NCBI GenBank assembly: GCA_963665325.3
Contig: CAXXWS020000002.1
Coordinates: 1,120,001 to 1,184,000 of the forward strand
From: Alphaproteobacteria bacterium
Lineage (GTDB): Bacteria; Pseudomonadota; Alphaproteobacteria; Bin95
Reading direction: 5' to 3'
Length of the DNA stretch: 64,000 bases
In this document: positions 28,229-38,372 of the stretch, one piece after another
Numbering within the stretch: position 1 is the stretch's first letter
Layout: every line of letters begins with the position of its first letter
Program-made: the position numbers and the translations under genes
Notes under the pieces: model-generated
Told to the model about the DNA's origin: nothing
The model's input: only the letters and a program-made list of their open reading frames with translations
The model's database searches: none

Positions 28229-29052
28229 AACCGGATTGCCCAGCGGTCGAGCAGCGGCAGAACCTCGTCGGCCCCGGCGCTCGGCAGGTTGAAGACGACA
28301 CGCGCGATGCCGGCTTCGCGCCAGGCGTCGAGCCCGGCGGGTTCGTCCTCCACGCCGAAGACGGTAATCGGCACGGAGCGCCCGGCTTCCGCCTCCATGG
28401 CGCGGAACTCGGGCAGCTTGTCGAGCAGGTGGTAGGTCGGCCTTTGTGCATGCGGCACCCAGCCGTCTCCCCAGGCGAGCGCCCGTCTTGCCCCATGCGG
28501 GAACTCGCCGCCGACCAGCACGGGCGGTCCTCCGGGCTGCGCAGGCTTCGGGCGCGAACGCATCGGTCCGAATGACAGATGGCGGCCCGACCAGGAGGCT
28601 TCCTCCTCGCTCCAGATGGCGCGGATGGCGGCGATACGATCGCGCAACACCGAAAACCGGCCTTCGAAAGCGGTGCCGTGGTTCGCCATTTCCTCCCGGT
28701 TCCAGCCGCCGCCGACGCCGAACAGGAAACGCCCTTCCGACAAGGCGTCCAGGCTGGCTGTCTCCTTCGCCAGTTGGATCGGGTCCCGCTGGGCGGCGAG
28801 GCAGATCCCGGTCGCTACCCCGAGGCGCTCCGTGGCGGCGGCGGCCATGGACAGCACGACGAACGGGTCCGCCACATCGACATATTTCTCCGGCAAGGCC
28901 CCGCCCTGCGGCCAGGGCGATGCGCGGTCCACCGGGATGTGGGAATGCTCCGGCGCCCAGAACGACTCGAAACCCCGTTCCTCCAGGGCACGGCCGAGCG
29001 TCGCCGGGCGCATGGAATAGTCGGTAACGAACATGGCTGCGCCGAACAGCAT
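28225..29052 (-). CDS. Luciferase-like (LLM) oxidoreductase, putatively F420-dependent (Rv2161c-like)
   Basis: EERGFESFWAPEHSHIP, DPFVVL, RDPIQLAKE.ASLD.LSEGRFLFGVG.GWN.EEM. Confidence 0.85.
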   Translation of the reverse strand: MLFGAAMFVTDYSMRPATLGRALEERGFESFWAPEHSHIPVDRASPWPQGGALPEKYVDVADPFVVLSMAAAATERLGVATGICLAAQRDPIQLAKETASLDALSEGRFLFGVGGGWNREEMANHGTAFEGRFSVLRDRIAAIRAIWSEEEASWSGRHLSFGPMRSRPKPAQPGGPPVLVGGEFPHGARRALAWGDGWVPHAQRPTYHLLDKLPEFRAMEAEAGRSVPITVFGVEDEPAGLDAWREAGIARVVFNLPSAGADEVLPLLDRWAIRL

Positions 29053-29079
29053 GGGGCGAACCTCGCTCCGCTTCGCTAG

Positions 29080-31149
29080 CCCAAGTTTAACGTTTTGGTG
29101 GCCGATTTTGTCGAGGTTGGCCGGCGCGGTGTCATCAAGCCATTGATATTGCTGGATTGAGGTTTCCGGGGGCGCAATGTAGTGCCATAATATTTTCACT
29201 TGGGGATTTCGAGACCTTGCGCCCGCTCCTATGCTGTGCGCCATGTTCATTCGCCGCACCAGGACCGGAACCGGCGAGCGCGGCGAGGTCTATTATTCCC
29301 ATCGCCTTGTTCGCTCGGAGCGCGACGGCGGGAAGATCCGCCAGCGCACCCTGCTCAACCTGGGGAGCGACTTCCCTGTCGAGCGGCGGCACTGGGCGGT
29401 GCTGTGCAGCCGGATCCAGCAGCAGCTCGACCGCCAGGCCGAGCTGGTTTCGCTGTCCTGTCCGGAGGAGGTCGAGCGGCACGCCCAGCGCATCGCCGCG
29501 CAATTGCTCAACAGCGCGCCGTCCGGCGGGACCGGGCGCCCTGACCTGCAGACGGTGGATGTCGGCTCCCTGGAGCTGATCCGCCCGCGTTCGGTCGGCG
29601 TCGAGCATGTCGGGCTGTGGGCCATGGAGCGGCTCGGCCTGGAGGCTTTGCTGGAGCGCCTGGGCTTCAACGGCACGCAGCGCGCGCTCGCCATGGCCAC
29701 CGTGATCGCGCGCATGGCGGCGCCGGGCTCGGAGCGCGCCTCCTGGCGCTGGCTGTGCGAGCGTTCGGCGCTCGGCGAGTTGCTGGGGGTGGACTTCGAG
29801 CGCATGAGCATGATGCGCCTGTACCGCGCCTCCGACGCCCTGATGGCGCAGCGCGCGGCGATCGAGGCGCATCTGTTCGATCGGGCGACGGATCTGTTCG
29901 GCCTGCGCCACACGGTGACGCTGTACGACCTGACCAACACCTTCTTCGAGGGCGCGGCGGCGGCCCAGGCCAAGGCCGAACGCGGCCATTCCAAGGAGAA
30001 GCGCTCGGATTGCCCGCTCTTGACCCTGGGGCTGGTGCTCGACGGCTCGGGCTTCGTGCGCCGCTCCGAGGTGTTCTCGGGCGCGGTCAACGAAGACAGG
30101 ACCCTGGCGTCGATGCTCGGCGCCCTGGGCGCGCCGGCGGACGCGCTGGTGGTGATGGATGCGGGGATCGCCACCGAGGCCAACATCGCCTGGCTGCGCG
30201 CGAACGGCTACCGCTATCTCGCGGTCAGCCGGGAACGCACCCGCCGCTTCGATCCCGAGCTGGCGCTGGCCATCGAGACCCGGTCGCGCCAGACGGTCCA
30301 TGTCCACAAGGCGGTCGACGCCGAAGCTGGAGAGGCGCGGCTCTACTGCTACTCCGAGGCGCGGGCGAAGAAGGAACAGGGCATCGCAAACCGCTTCGCC
30401 GCGCGCTTCGAGGGCGAGATGCAGAAGCTCCACGACGGCCTCAAGCGGCCGCGCACCCGCAAGCGGCTCGACCATGTCTGGCAGCGGATCGGCCGGATCA
30501 GGGAGAAGAGCCGCGGCGCCGCGGCCCACTACGACATCGACGTCATCGCCGACGAAAGCGGCGAGAAGGCCCGGGCCGTCACATGGGAGCGCCGCCCGCT
30601 CGCCGGCACCATGGCCACCCATCCCGGCGTTTACTGCCTGCGCACCAACGTCGAGGACTGGGACGAGGAGGCGCTGTGGCGGACCTATACCTCGCTCACC
30701 GATGTGGAGGCGGTGTTCCGATCGCTCAAGTCGGAACTCGGCCTGCGCCCCATCTTCCACCAGACCCAGAGGCGCTCCGACGGCCACCTGTTCATCACCG
30801 TGATCGCCTACCAGATGGTGCAGACCATCCGCCGGCGCCTCGCCGAGCACGGCGAACACGCCAGCTGGGCCAGCCTGCGAGCCATCCTCGAAGGCCAGCA
30901 GCGGGTCACCGCGACCTTCAGGCGCAAGGACGGACGCACCTTGCATGTCCGCAAGGCCACACGGGCCGAGCCCGAACAGCAAGAAATCTATCGCGCGCTC
31001 GGCATCGACCCCGCCCCTGGAGGCATCAGGAAAATGATCGTCTGATCCCGAACCGGGCGAAATAACCGAAATGTAGTGCCAGACGCGAAATTATTGCTCC
31101 GTAAGGCATTGATAATCAATGATCTTCAAAATGCTCTGTTAAACTTGGG
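29080..31149 (+). mobile_element. Complete IS1634-family insertion sequence
   Basis: Terminal inverted repeats CCCAAGTTTAAC (29080-29091) and GTTAAACTTGGG (31138-31149); flanking CTAG duplication (29076-29079, 31150-31153); single transposase ORF. Confidence 0.93.
29243..31045 (+). CDS. IS1634-family DDE transposase
   Basis: MFIRRT..., LYDLTNTFFEG, GHSKEKRSDC, VVMDAGIATE, VEAVFRSLKSELGLRPIFH; alternative start 29231. Confidence 0.92.
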   Translation: MFIRRTRTGTGERGEVYYSHRLVRSERDGGKIRQRTLLNLGSDFPVERRHWAVLCSRIQQQLDRQAELVSLSCPEEVERHAQRIAAQLLNSAPSGGTGRPDLQTVDVGSLELIRPRSVGVEHVGLWAMERLGLEALLERLGFNGTQRALAMATVIARMAAPGSERASWRWLCERSALGELLGVDFERMSMMRLYRASDALMAQRAAIEAHLFDRATDLFGLRHTVTLYDLTNTFFEGAAAAQAKAERGHSKEKRSDCPLLTLGLVLDGSGFVRRSEVFSGAVNEDRTLASMLGALGAPADALVVMDAGIATEANIAWLRANGYRYLAVSRERTRRFDPELALAIETRSRQTVHVHKAVDAEAGEARLYCYSEARAKKEQGIANRFAARFEGEMQKLHDGLKRPRTRKRLDHVWQRIGRIREKSRGAAAHYDIDVIADESGEKARAVTWERRPLAGTMATHPGVYCLRTNVEDWDEEALWRTYTSLTDVEAVFRSLKSELGLRPIFHQTQRRSDGHLFITVIAYQMVQTIRRRLAEHGEHASWASLRAILEGQQRVTATFRRKDGRTLHVRKATRAEPEQQEIYRALGIDPAPGGIRKMIV

Positions 31150-32085
31150 CTAGGGAATGAGTTGCTTGTCCAGCATGGCGTGAACGCCCTGTTGCTGATT
31201 GACGAGTTGCGTGATCCGCAGGTCGCAGGCCAGGCTGCACAGCATGTAAGCGTCTTCGCGCGACAGGTTCGAGCGCTGGCAGATGAAGTCGATCATGCGC
31301 CTGAGCGCGATGCGGGCCGCCCGGTCGAGCGAGGCATCGAACGCGAACTGGATCCACCGGTCCGCCGTTTCCGCCATCGGCGCCTCCAGCGTCATATCCT
31401 TGCGCACGGTAAGGCGGAACCGCCCGGTCAGCGCCGTTTCGACCGCCGTCAGGCACACTTCCCCGTCGCCCTGGACCGCATGGCCGTCGCCGCAGGAGAA
31501 CAGCGCACCGTCGGCGAATACGGGGAGGTAGAGCACGGAGCCGGCTGTCAGCTCCTTGCAGTCGATATTGCCGCCGAAAGCGCGCGGCTGGATCGTGCTC
31601 ACCAAACCCCAATGCGCCGGCGGGGCCGTGCCCATGACACCGAAGAACGGCCGGCAGGCGAGGGTACCGCCCCAGGGCATTCGAGCTTCGCCGGCGTCCC
31701 GGTCCAGCGGGATCGTGACCATCCGCCCTTCCGGGAAGTCCTCGGGCAGCGCGCCGCCCAAGGGCCGGAGTGCGTTCCAGCCCCAGTCGGTGCCGAGCCG
31801 CGCCTCCAGAATGTCGACCTGGAGCACATCGCCCGGAACGGCGCCCGCGACGGCGACCGGCCCGGTCAGGATATGGCCGGAGCCAAGCGGGCGCGGCGTC
31901 TCGGCGTGGATGCGGCGCAATCCCTCCGGTACCTCGAAGCCGGGCCCCGGAAGGGCGTCCGGCGCTCCGGAGACCGTCTCGATCTCGACTTCCGCGCCGC
32001 TCTCGACGGCGATCGCAGGCTTGAGCCGGGCATCGAAGAAGCCCCAGTGGACGGTGTTCGGCGCGGCTGGCAGTCGGTCGGGCAT
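31150..32085 (-). CDS. Acetamidase/formamidase family protein
   Basis: TVHWGFFD, HILTGPVAV.GA.PGDVL, GGNIDCKEL, GDGHAVQGDGEVCLTAVE. Confidence 0.92.
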   Translation of the reverse strand: MPDRLPAAPNTVHWGFFDARLKPAIAVESGAEVEIETVSGAPDALPGPGFEVPEGLRRIHAETPRPLGSGHILTGPVAVAGAVPGDVLQVDILEARLGTDWGWNALRPLGGALPEDFPEGRMVTIPLDRDAGEARMPWGGTLACRPFFGVMGTAPPAHWGLVSTIQPRAFGGNIDCKELTAGSVLYLPVFADGALFSCGDGHAVQGDGEVCLTAVETALTGRFRLTVRKDMTLEAPMAETADRWIQFAFDASLDRAARIALRRMIDFICQRSNLSREDAYMLCSLACDLRITQLVNQQQGVHAMLDKQLIP

Positions 32086-32159
32086 GGCGGCGGGTCCGGC
32101 TTCGGTTCGGGCAGCGGATACTGCACCGTTTGGCGCCGTCTTTTCCAGTTGCTTGCGTG

Positions 32160-34289
32160 TCAGCCGAACACCGGCATTCCCAATACACCGCGCACATGGT
32201 CCACCTGTTCCAGCGCCCAGCGGAATTGCCGTTGCCTCGGCGCGGACATCTCCTTGGGCGCAACCGAATTGCCGTGGGGAATGCCGCGCCCGATATCCCG
32301 GATCTGCTGGGCGAGGATCTCGTCGAGCAGGATGCGGTGCGCCTCGACGAGATTGCTAATCGCTTCCCGGCTGTCCTCGTCAATCGCGCCTGCCGCGTTC
32401 AGCCGCGCCGGGGTCGACCGGTCCCGGATGCCGTGCTGGATGGCGAGTATCCGCGCCGCCGAGAAGATCGGCATGATTCCGTAGCGTTTGGCGTCCAGGC
32501 GGCCCTTCTTCAGTCTGAGCCGCCCAAACATGCCGAGCGGCGAGGTGAAATCGACTGCATTGGCGCGGAGCGCGACCTGGAAGGCTCGTGCATTCCCGGC
32601 CATGTCCAGAGCCTCGCGGTGCAGTCCGTCGCCGAGCGCGGTATCGCCGTAAACCGGAACGCTGTCGAAGAAGATGTCGCAATTCAGGACATCCTCCGGC
32701 TGCGAGCGGCCAATCCATCCGCCCACCTTCGCGCGCCAGCGGTCGAGGTCCATGCGCCACTCGGGGTTCCGGGCCATGATGCCGCCCTTGCAGTAGGAAA
32801 CTCCCGCGCTGTCCAGAATATCCGCAAGCCGCCGTCCAAGTTCTGCGAACCACCGGTCCTCCGGTCCGTCGGGGGCGCCCGACCCGTAAACGATGGCGTT
32901 GTCCTGATCCATGGCAAGCAGGCTTTCCCCGCGTCCGCCGGAGCCCAGGACCAGAACGGCGAACGGCACGGGCGGCGGCCCGAAGCCTTCCGCTTCCATG
33001 TCGCGCTCGGCCAGTTCCGCGGCGCGCCGCGTCAGCGCCCGCAGCTCCCGCGAGACGACCGACGCGATGATACGCGCATCGACTTCATCCGCGGCGAGAC
33101 CGCCAACGATCCTCGTCAGGTTCGCCCAGACCTTGCCGAGGTCCGCCGCCGCCTCCGCATGGTCGATCTCCCTGGCGAGGAAGACGGCGTCGCCCGCCCG
33201 CTGCTTCAGCAGGTCGCGGGCGCTGATGGCCCCGACGAGCCCGCCGTCGGCAGACACGACGCCGAGATGCCGGAATCCGCCCACGGTCATCAGTGTGTTC
33301 GCGCGGTAGAGAAACTCCGAAGCGGGGATAGTCACCAGGGGCCGCGCAGCGAAGCGGTCCACCGTTTCGTCCAGCGCGCCGGGGCCGAACGAGTCGATGG
33401 CGCGGGCGATGTCCCTCTCGGTCAGGATGCCGATGTCAGTGTCCGCCCCCGAAGAGACGAAAACCGAACTGATCTTCCTGTCCATGAGGTACCGCAGTGC
33501 CTCGCGAAGGCGCATTGCAGGCTCCACCAGCGCGGGCGGCGCGGACATGATGTCTTCGACGCGCTGGCGGAAGGGGAAGCTGTCCACGCGGGCGAATGCG
33601 TGCGGGTCGGCGCGGCTCACCCGGTCGGCCGCGATGACAGGGTGCCAGCCTGCCCTGGCCTCCTCGTCCATTTGCGGCGTGAGTGCCAGACAGGCTCGCT
33701 CCGCCTGGGCCAGCGTGGCGATGCCCTTCTCCGCCAGACGCGGCACCAGAGCGGCATAGATCGCCGCCGCAGCCCTGGCATCGCCGAGCGCGCGATGACG
33801 GTCGTCGATCCCGACTCCGAGCCACCTGGCTATCGCGTCGAGCGACGGGTCCGCGGGGCCGGGCGCGAACAGCGCGGCCAGTTGCCGGACGCAAAGGGAC
33901 CGGTGAGAGTGCCAGGCAAGTGCGCAGCGGTCGTGTTCAGCCTTGAGCATCGCGAGGTCGAAACCGATCGCATAGCCGATCACGACGCGGGACCCGATCC
34001 AGCGCGCGAGCGCGGGCATGACCTCGCCTGCCGTTTCGGCCGACTGCACATCCTCGTCCGAGATGCCGTGAACCGCCGTTGAGGACGGGGGAATTGGCAC
34101 ACCCGGATCGACCAGCCGGTCGAACGCCTCGGCGGTAGCGACGGCGCAGCCGCTCACCGCGACGGCGCCCACCTGCACGATTCGGTCCTTGCCGGGATCG
34201 AGGCCGGTGGTTTCGGTATCGAGCGCGACCGCCTCCAGGGACGCCAGCGGAACGGCGCCGAGCCCGGCATCTTCTTTTCCAGCGGCCAT
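32160..34289 (-). CDS. DEDDh exonuclease + CBS pair + DUF294 nucleotidyltransferase-like fusion protein
   Basis: ALDTETTGLD, GFDL, HRALGDA (DEDDh); IMSAP, GILTERDI, GAISARDLL (CBS); LGSGGRGESLLAMDQDNAI, CKGGIMARNP.W, DIFFD (DUF294). Confidence 0.88.
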   Translation of the reverse strand: MAAGKEDAGLGAVPLASLEAVALDTETTGLDPGKDRIVQVGAVAVSGCAVATAEAFDRLVDPGVPIPPSSTAVHGISDEDVQSAETAGEVMPALARWIGSRVVIGYAIGFDLAMLKAEHDRCALAWHSHRSLCVRQLAALFAPGPADPSLDAIARWLGVGIDDRHRALGDARAAAAIYAALVPRLAEKGIATLAQAERACLALTPQMDEEARAGWHPVIAADRVSRADPHAFARVDSFPFRQRVEDIMSAPPALVEPAMRLREALRYLMDRKISSVFVSSGADTDIGILTERDIARAIDSFGPGALDETVDRFAARPLVTIPASEFLYRANTLMTVGGFRHLGVVSADGGLVGAISARDLLKQRAGDAVFLAREIDHAEAAADLGKVWANLTRIVGGLAADEVDARIIASVVSRELRALTRRAAELAERDMEAEGFGPPPVPFAVLVLGSGGRGESLLAMDQDNAIVYGSGAPDGPEDRWFAELGRRLADILDSAGVSYCKGGIMARNPEWRMDLDRWRAKVGGWIGRSQPEDVLNCDIFFDSVPVYGDTALGDGLHREALDMAGNARAFQVALRANAVDFTSPLGMFGRLRLKKGRLDAKRYGIMPIFSAARILAIQHGIRDRSTPARLNAAGAIDEDSREAISNLVEAHRILLDEILAQQIRDIGRGIPHGNSVAPKEMSAPRQRQFRWALEQVDHVRGVLGMPVFG

Positions 34290-34434
34290 GGCCGAACCCT
34301 GCTGTCCCGATTCAGGGCAGAAGAGCGGAACGGGTTTCGCGCTCTCCTTCTCAGGCACGGTACCGCGTCGGCGTCCGGCAGCCAAGAGTCCCCAAGGGCG
34401 CGATGAAATGCACTCCGTGTCTTTATCGGAAATT

Positions 34435-34454
34435 TTATTGCAATTTTACAATAA
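34435..34454. promoter_or_regulatory. Imperfect palindrome (candidate operator) in an AT-rich divergent intergenic region
   Basis: TTATTG-caatttta-CAATAA. Confidence 0.5.
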
Positions 34455-34684
34455 GTTATATAAGTCTAGGTGTCGCCTCAGCTTCATGGTGCAAGCAGGT
34501 TGAATCCAACATGTGACCCTGCATGTCCGCGCCTGTCCTGCTCCTCCGGGCATGCCGCCATGCCGGTGCTCCGGCGAGGTCCATTTCGTGCAAGCCCGGT
34601 ACGAAACGCGCTAGTCTGGCGCGAGAAAGAACGGCCGGCGCCAGGAATTCGGGAAGCACGATGCGCCGGGGTACGGGCGGAGCC

Positions 34685-35557
34685 ATGTTCCTGATCGACG
34701 AGCCGGATTCTTCGGACATTCAACGCTTTCGCCGGGACGGCTTCCTCGTCGTCGAACGACTCATCGAGCCGGAGACCGCCGCCCGTCTGGCCGCGCGGTT
34801 CGGGCCACTCTTCCGCGGCGAGTTCGAGACCGGCCTGCGCCCCGACGAGTGGAACTGGCGCGAAGGGCGGGACGCCGAAGACCTGACGCGCCAGATCTGC
34901 AATGCGTGGAAGTCGGACCGTCACGTGGCGCGTGCGGTCCTTCATCCCCGCATCGGCCTGTGGTGCGCGCGGCTCAGCGGTTGGCCGGGCGCGCGGATCA
35001 ACCAGGACAATCTGCTCTGGAAGCCGCCGGGCGCCCGCCCGCTCGCCTTTCACCAGGACGACAGCTACCAGCAGTGGGTCGTGCCGCCCGAATTGTGCAC
35101 CTGCTGGATTGCGCTCGACGCGACCAGCGCGGCCGGCGGCACCATCGAGTATGTCGTGGGCTCGCACCGCTGGAACCTGGCCCCGCCGGCCACGCAGTTT
35201 CACGCTCCCCACGACTATGGACGCGAGATGCATGAGGCCGCCGAACGGGCGGGCGTCGTCCCCAAAACGGTGCGGATCGAAGTCCCGGCGGGAGGGGGAG
35301 TCTTTCACCATGGACGGACATTTCACGGCTCGGGCACCAACCGCGCGGACACACACCGACGGGCGTTGGCGTCTCACTGCATGTCTTCCGAAGCACGCTA
35401 CCACCCGACCAATGTCGGAAACATTTACGGCCGCTATAAACGCGCCGGAACGACGGAGATGGACGAGTCCTTCTTTCCCGTGCTGTGGACCGAGGACGGC
35501 TACCGGAGCGCCTTTCTCGACGGGTATCTCGGCGCAGTTCCGGACGCCGCGCCTTGA
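34685..35557 (+). CDS. Phytanoyl-CoA dioxygenase family Fe(II)/2OG enzyme
   Basis: F.RDGF.V, KPPG, HQD facial-triad motif, WIALD, FHHGRTFHGSG.N, RRAL. Confidence 0.88.
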   Translation: MFLIDEPDSSDIQRFRRDGFLVVERLIEPETAARLAARFGPLFRGEFETGLRPDEWNWREGRDAEDLTRQICNAWKSDRHVARAVLHPRIGLWCARLSGWPGARINQDNLLWKPPGARPLAFHQDDSYQQWVVPPELCTCWIALDATSAAGGTIEYVVGSHRWNLAPPATQFHAPHDYGREMHEAAERAGVVPKTVRIEVPAGGGVFHHGRTFHGSGTNRADTHRRALASHCMSSEARYHPTNVGNIYGRYKRAGTTEMDESFFPVLWTEDGYRSAFLDGYLGAVPDAAP

Positions 35558-35614
35558 ATGTCCGGTCGCGCAGCGCAACCTTCCCGGTAACGCTTGAGGC
35601 ATCGGAGGCGCACG

Positions 35615-35983
35615 ATGATGAGGCTCCTGTTCATAACGGTCCTGACCCTGGGACTCGCGGCCCCGACGGTCGGTGCCCTGGCCCATCACGGCTGGGCGTG
35701 GACGACCGGCGGCAATATCGATCTGACCGGCATCGTCAGGACCGTCCGCCTGGGAAATCCCCACGGCATCCTGAAGATCGACGTAGAGGGCGAGGAGTGG
35801 ACGGCCGAGGTCGGCCAGCCCTGGCGCAACGAACGCGCCGGCCTCAAGGACGGCGACCTGGCCGAAGGGGTGGAGATCCGGGTGATCGGCGAGCCGGCCG
35901 CCGATGTGTCGGACAAGCGGATCAAGGCGGAACGGCTGTACCTGGGCAAACGGGAGTACATCCTTTACCCCGGGCGCGACTGA
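35615..35983 (+). CDS. Secreted small OB-fold-like protein (DUF6152-like)
   Basis: Signal peptide ending ALA-HHGW; NPHG, W..E motifs. Confidence 0.7.
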   Translation: MMRLLFITVLTLGLAAPTVGALAHHGWAWTTGGNIDLTGIVRTVRLGNPHGILKIDVEGEEWTAEVGQPWRNERAGLKDGDLAEGVEIRVIGEPAADVSDKRIKAERLYLGKREYILYPGRD

Positions 35984-35987
35984 GACC

Positions 35988-36458
35988 TTGGAGACTTTGT
36001 TCGCGGCGATCGAGGGGACGGCCTTGGCGCAGGCCCTGCGGAGTTCCCGCTGGGTCTATGCCGGCGTCAACGCCGCGCACATCTTCGCGGTCGCCCTGCT
36101 TGTCGGATCGGTCGTCCCGCTCAATCTTCGGCTTCTCGGCGTGTGGCGCGGAATCTCCCGCGAGGCGGTGGTTCGCGTGCTGGCGCCCGTTGCGGCGAGC
36201 GGGCTGGCCCTCGCCCTGCTCACAGGACCGCTGCTGTTCTCGGTCCGGGCGCGGGAATACAGCGGTGTCGGATTCCTGCAGCTCAAGCTGGCCTTCATCG
36301 CTGTCGCGGTCCTGTCCACGCTCGCGCTCTGCCGGGCCCACGGGTTCCTGCTCAGAGACGCCCCGCGTGCCCGCCTGGTCGGTCATGCCATCCTCTCGAT
36401 GGTTTGCTGGCTGGGAGCGCTCGTCTGCGGGCGGTTGATCGCATTCGCGGGGGATTGA
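35988..36458 (+). CDS. 4-TM membrane protein (DUF6644/DUF2214-like)
   Basis: LAQALRSS.W.Y, AHIFAVALLVG....NLRLLG, F.LKL, GRLIAF; TTG start just after the upstream stop. Confidence 0.7.
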   Translation: METLFAAIEGTALAQALRSSRWVYAGVNAAHIFAVALLVGSVVPLNLRLLGVWRGISREAVVRVLAPVAASGLALALLTGPLLFSVRAREYSGVGFLQLKLAFIAVAVLSTLALCRAHGFLLRDAPRARLVGHAILSMVCWLGALVCGRLIAFAGD

Positions 36459-36465
36459 GGCCGAT

Positions 36466-37083
36466 ATGCAGATGAAGGCCCGAATGCCGCTTCGCTTCCT
36501 TTGCCCGCCGATGACGCGCCTGCTTCTCGCCCTCGCCTCAATGGCGGCCCTTTTGCTCCCGCCTGCGCCGACTTCCGCGGACACGCGATTCGCCCGCCTG
36601 TCCGAGCCCGGTATCGTCGCCATCATGCGCCACGCCCACGCACCCGGAACCGGAGATTCCGAATCGTTCGCGCTCGACAACTGCGCCACCCAGCGCAATC
36701 TTGATGCGCGGGGCAGGGAACAGGCGCGGGAGATCGGTAAGGCGATCCGCGCTGCCGGCGCGACCGTCGACAGGGTCCTCACAAGCCAATGGTGCCGTTG
36801 CCGCGACACGGCCGGGCTCCTCGACGTCGGCCCGGTCGAGGACCTGCCCGCTCTCAACTCGTTTTTCCGGAACCCGGCCCGCTCCGACCGGCAGACCGCC
36901 GACTTGCGGCAATTCCTGTTCGGCCTCCCGCCGGAAGAGACCGTTATCCTGGTTACTCATCAGGTGAACATCACGGCGCTCACGGGCCGGTGGACCGCCT
37001 CCGGCGAAGTCTTCCTGCTCGAGCTCGGGCGTGACGGCACGGTTTCTGTGGTCGACGAGATTCTCATCGTACCCCGGCGCTGA
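36466..37083 (+). CDS. Histidine phosphatase family protein (likely exported)
   Basis: RHA motif (MRHAHAPG), QRNL...GR.QA, SQWCRCRDTA, LVTHQVNI. Confidence 0.85.
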   Translation: MQMKARMPLRFLCPPMTRLLLALASMAALLLPPAPTSADTRFARLSEPGIVAIMRHAHAPGTGDSESFALDNCATQRNLDARGREQAREIGKAIRAAGATVDRVLTSQWCRCRDTAGLLDVGPVEDLPALNSFFRNPARSDRQTADLRQFLFGLPPEETVILVTHQVNITALTGRWTASGEVFLLELGRDGTVSVVDEILIVPRR

Positions 37084-37196
37084 GATCGAACCCGACCCGG
37101 TCGCGATCTGTCGCGGCGTGTCATGAAGCTCCCCGCGTCGGGTGAATCGCTTGCCTGCGGTTCCGGGTGGCCGGTGGGCGAGAATTATTTTCTTGT

Positions 37197-37211
37197 GTTC
37201 TTGAAATATTC
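37197..37211 (+). promoter_or_regulatory. LexA (SOS) box upstream of recA
   Basis: GTTC-ttgaaat-ATTC, one mismatch to GTTC-N7-GTTC, in the AT-rich promoter region. Confidence 0.7.
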
Positions 37212-37285
37212 TCTTTATCCCGAGTGCATCGAATGATGCAGCGGGGCCCGGACGGGCGGCCTCCGGACGAGCGGGGAGCGAGCAT

Positions 37286-38365
<1,080 letters not shown>

Positions 38366-38372
38366 CCGGGCG

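Noticed and set aside
29135-30982. 615-aa antisense ORF within the IS, and similar long antisense ORFs such as 4651-6591, 32130-34082 and 40249-42069
   Set aside because: Shadow frames of real genes caused by high-GC codon bias; no recognisable domains
37225-37240. TGCATC-N4-GATGCA inverted repeat upstream of recA
   Set aside because: A 6-bp arm can arise by chance and I can assign no regulator
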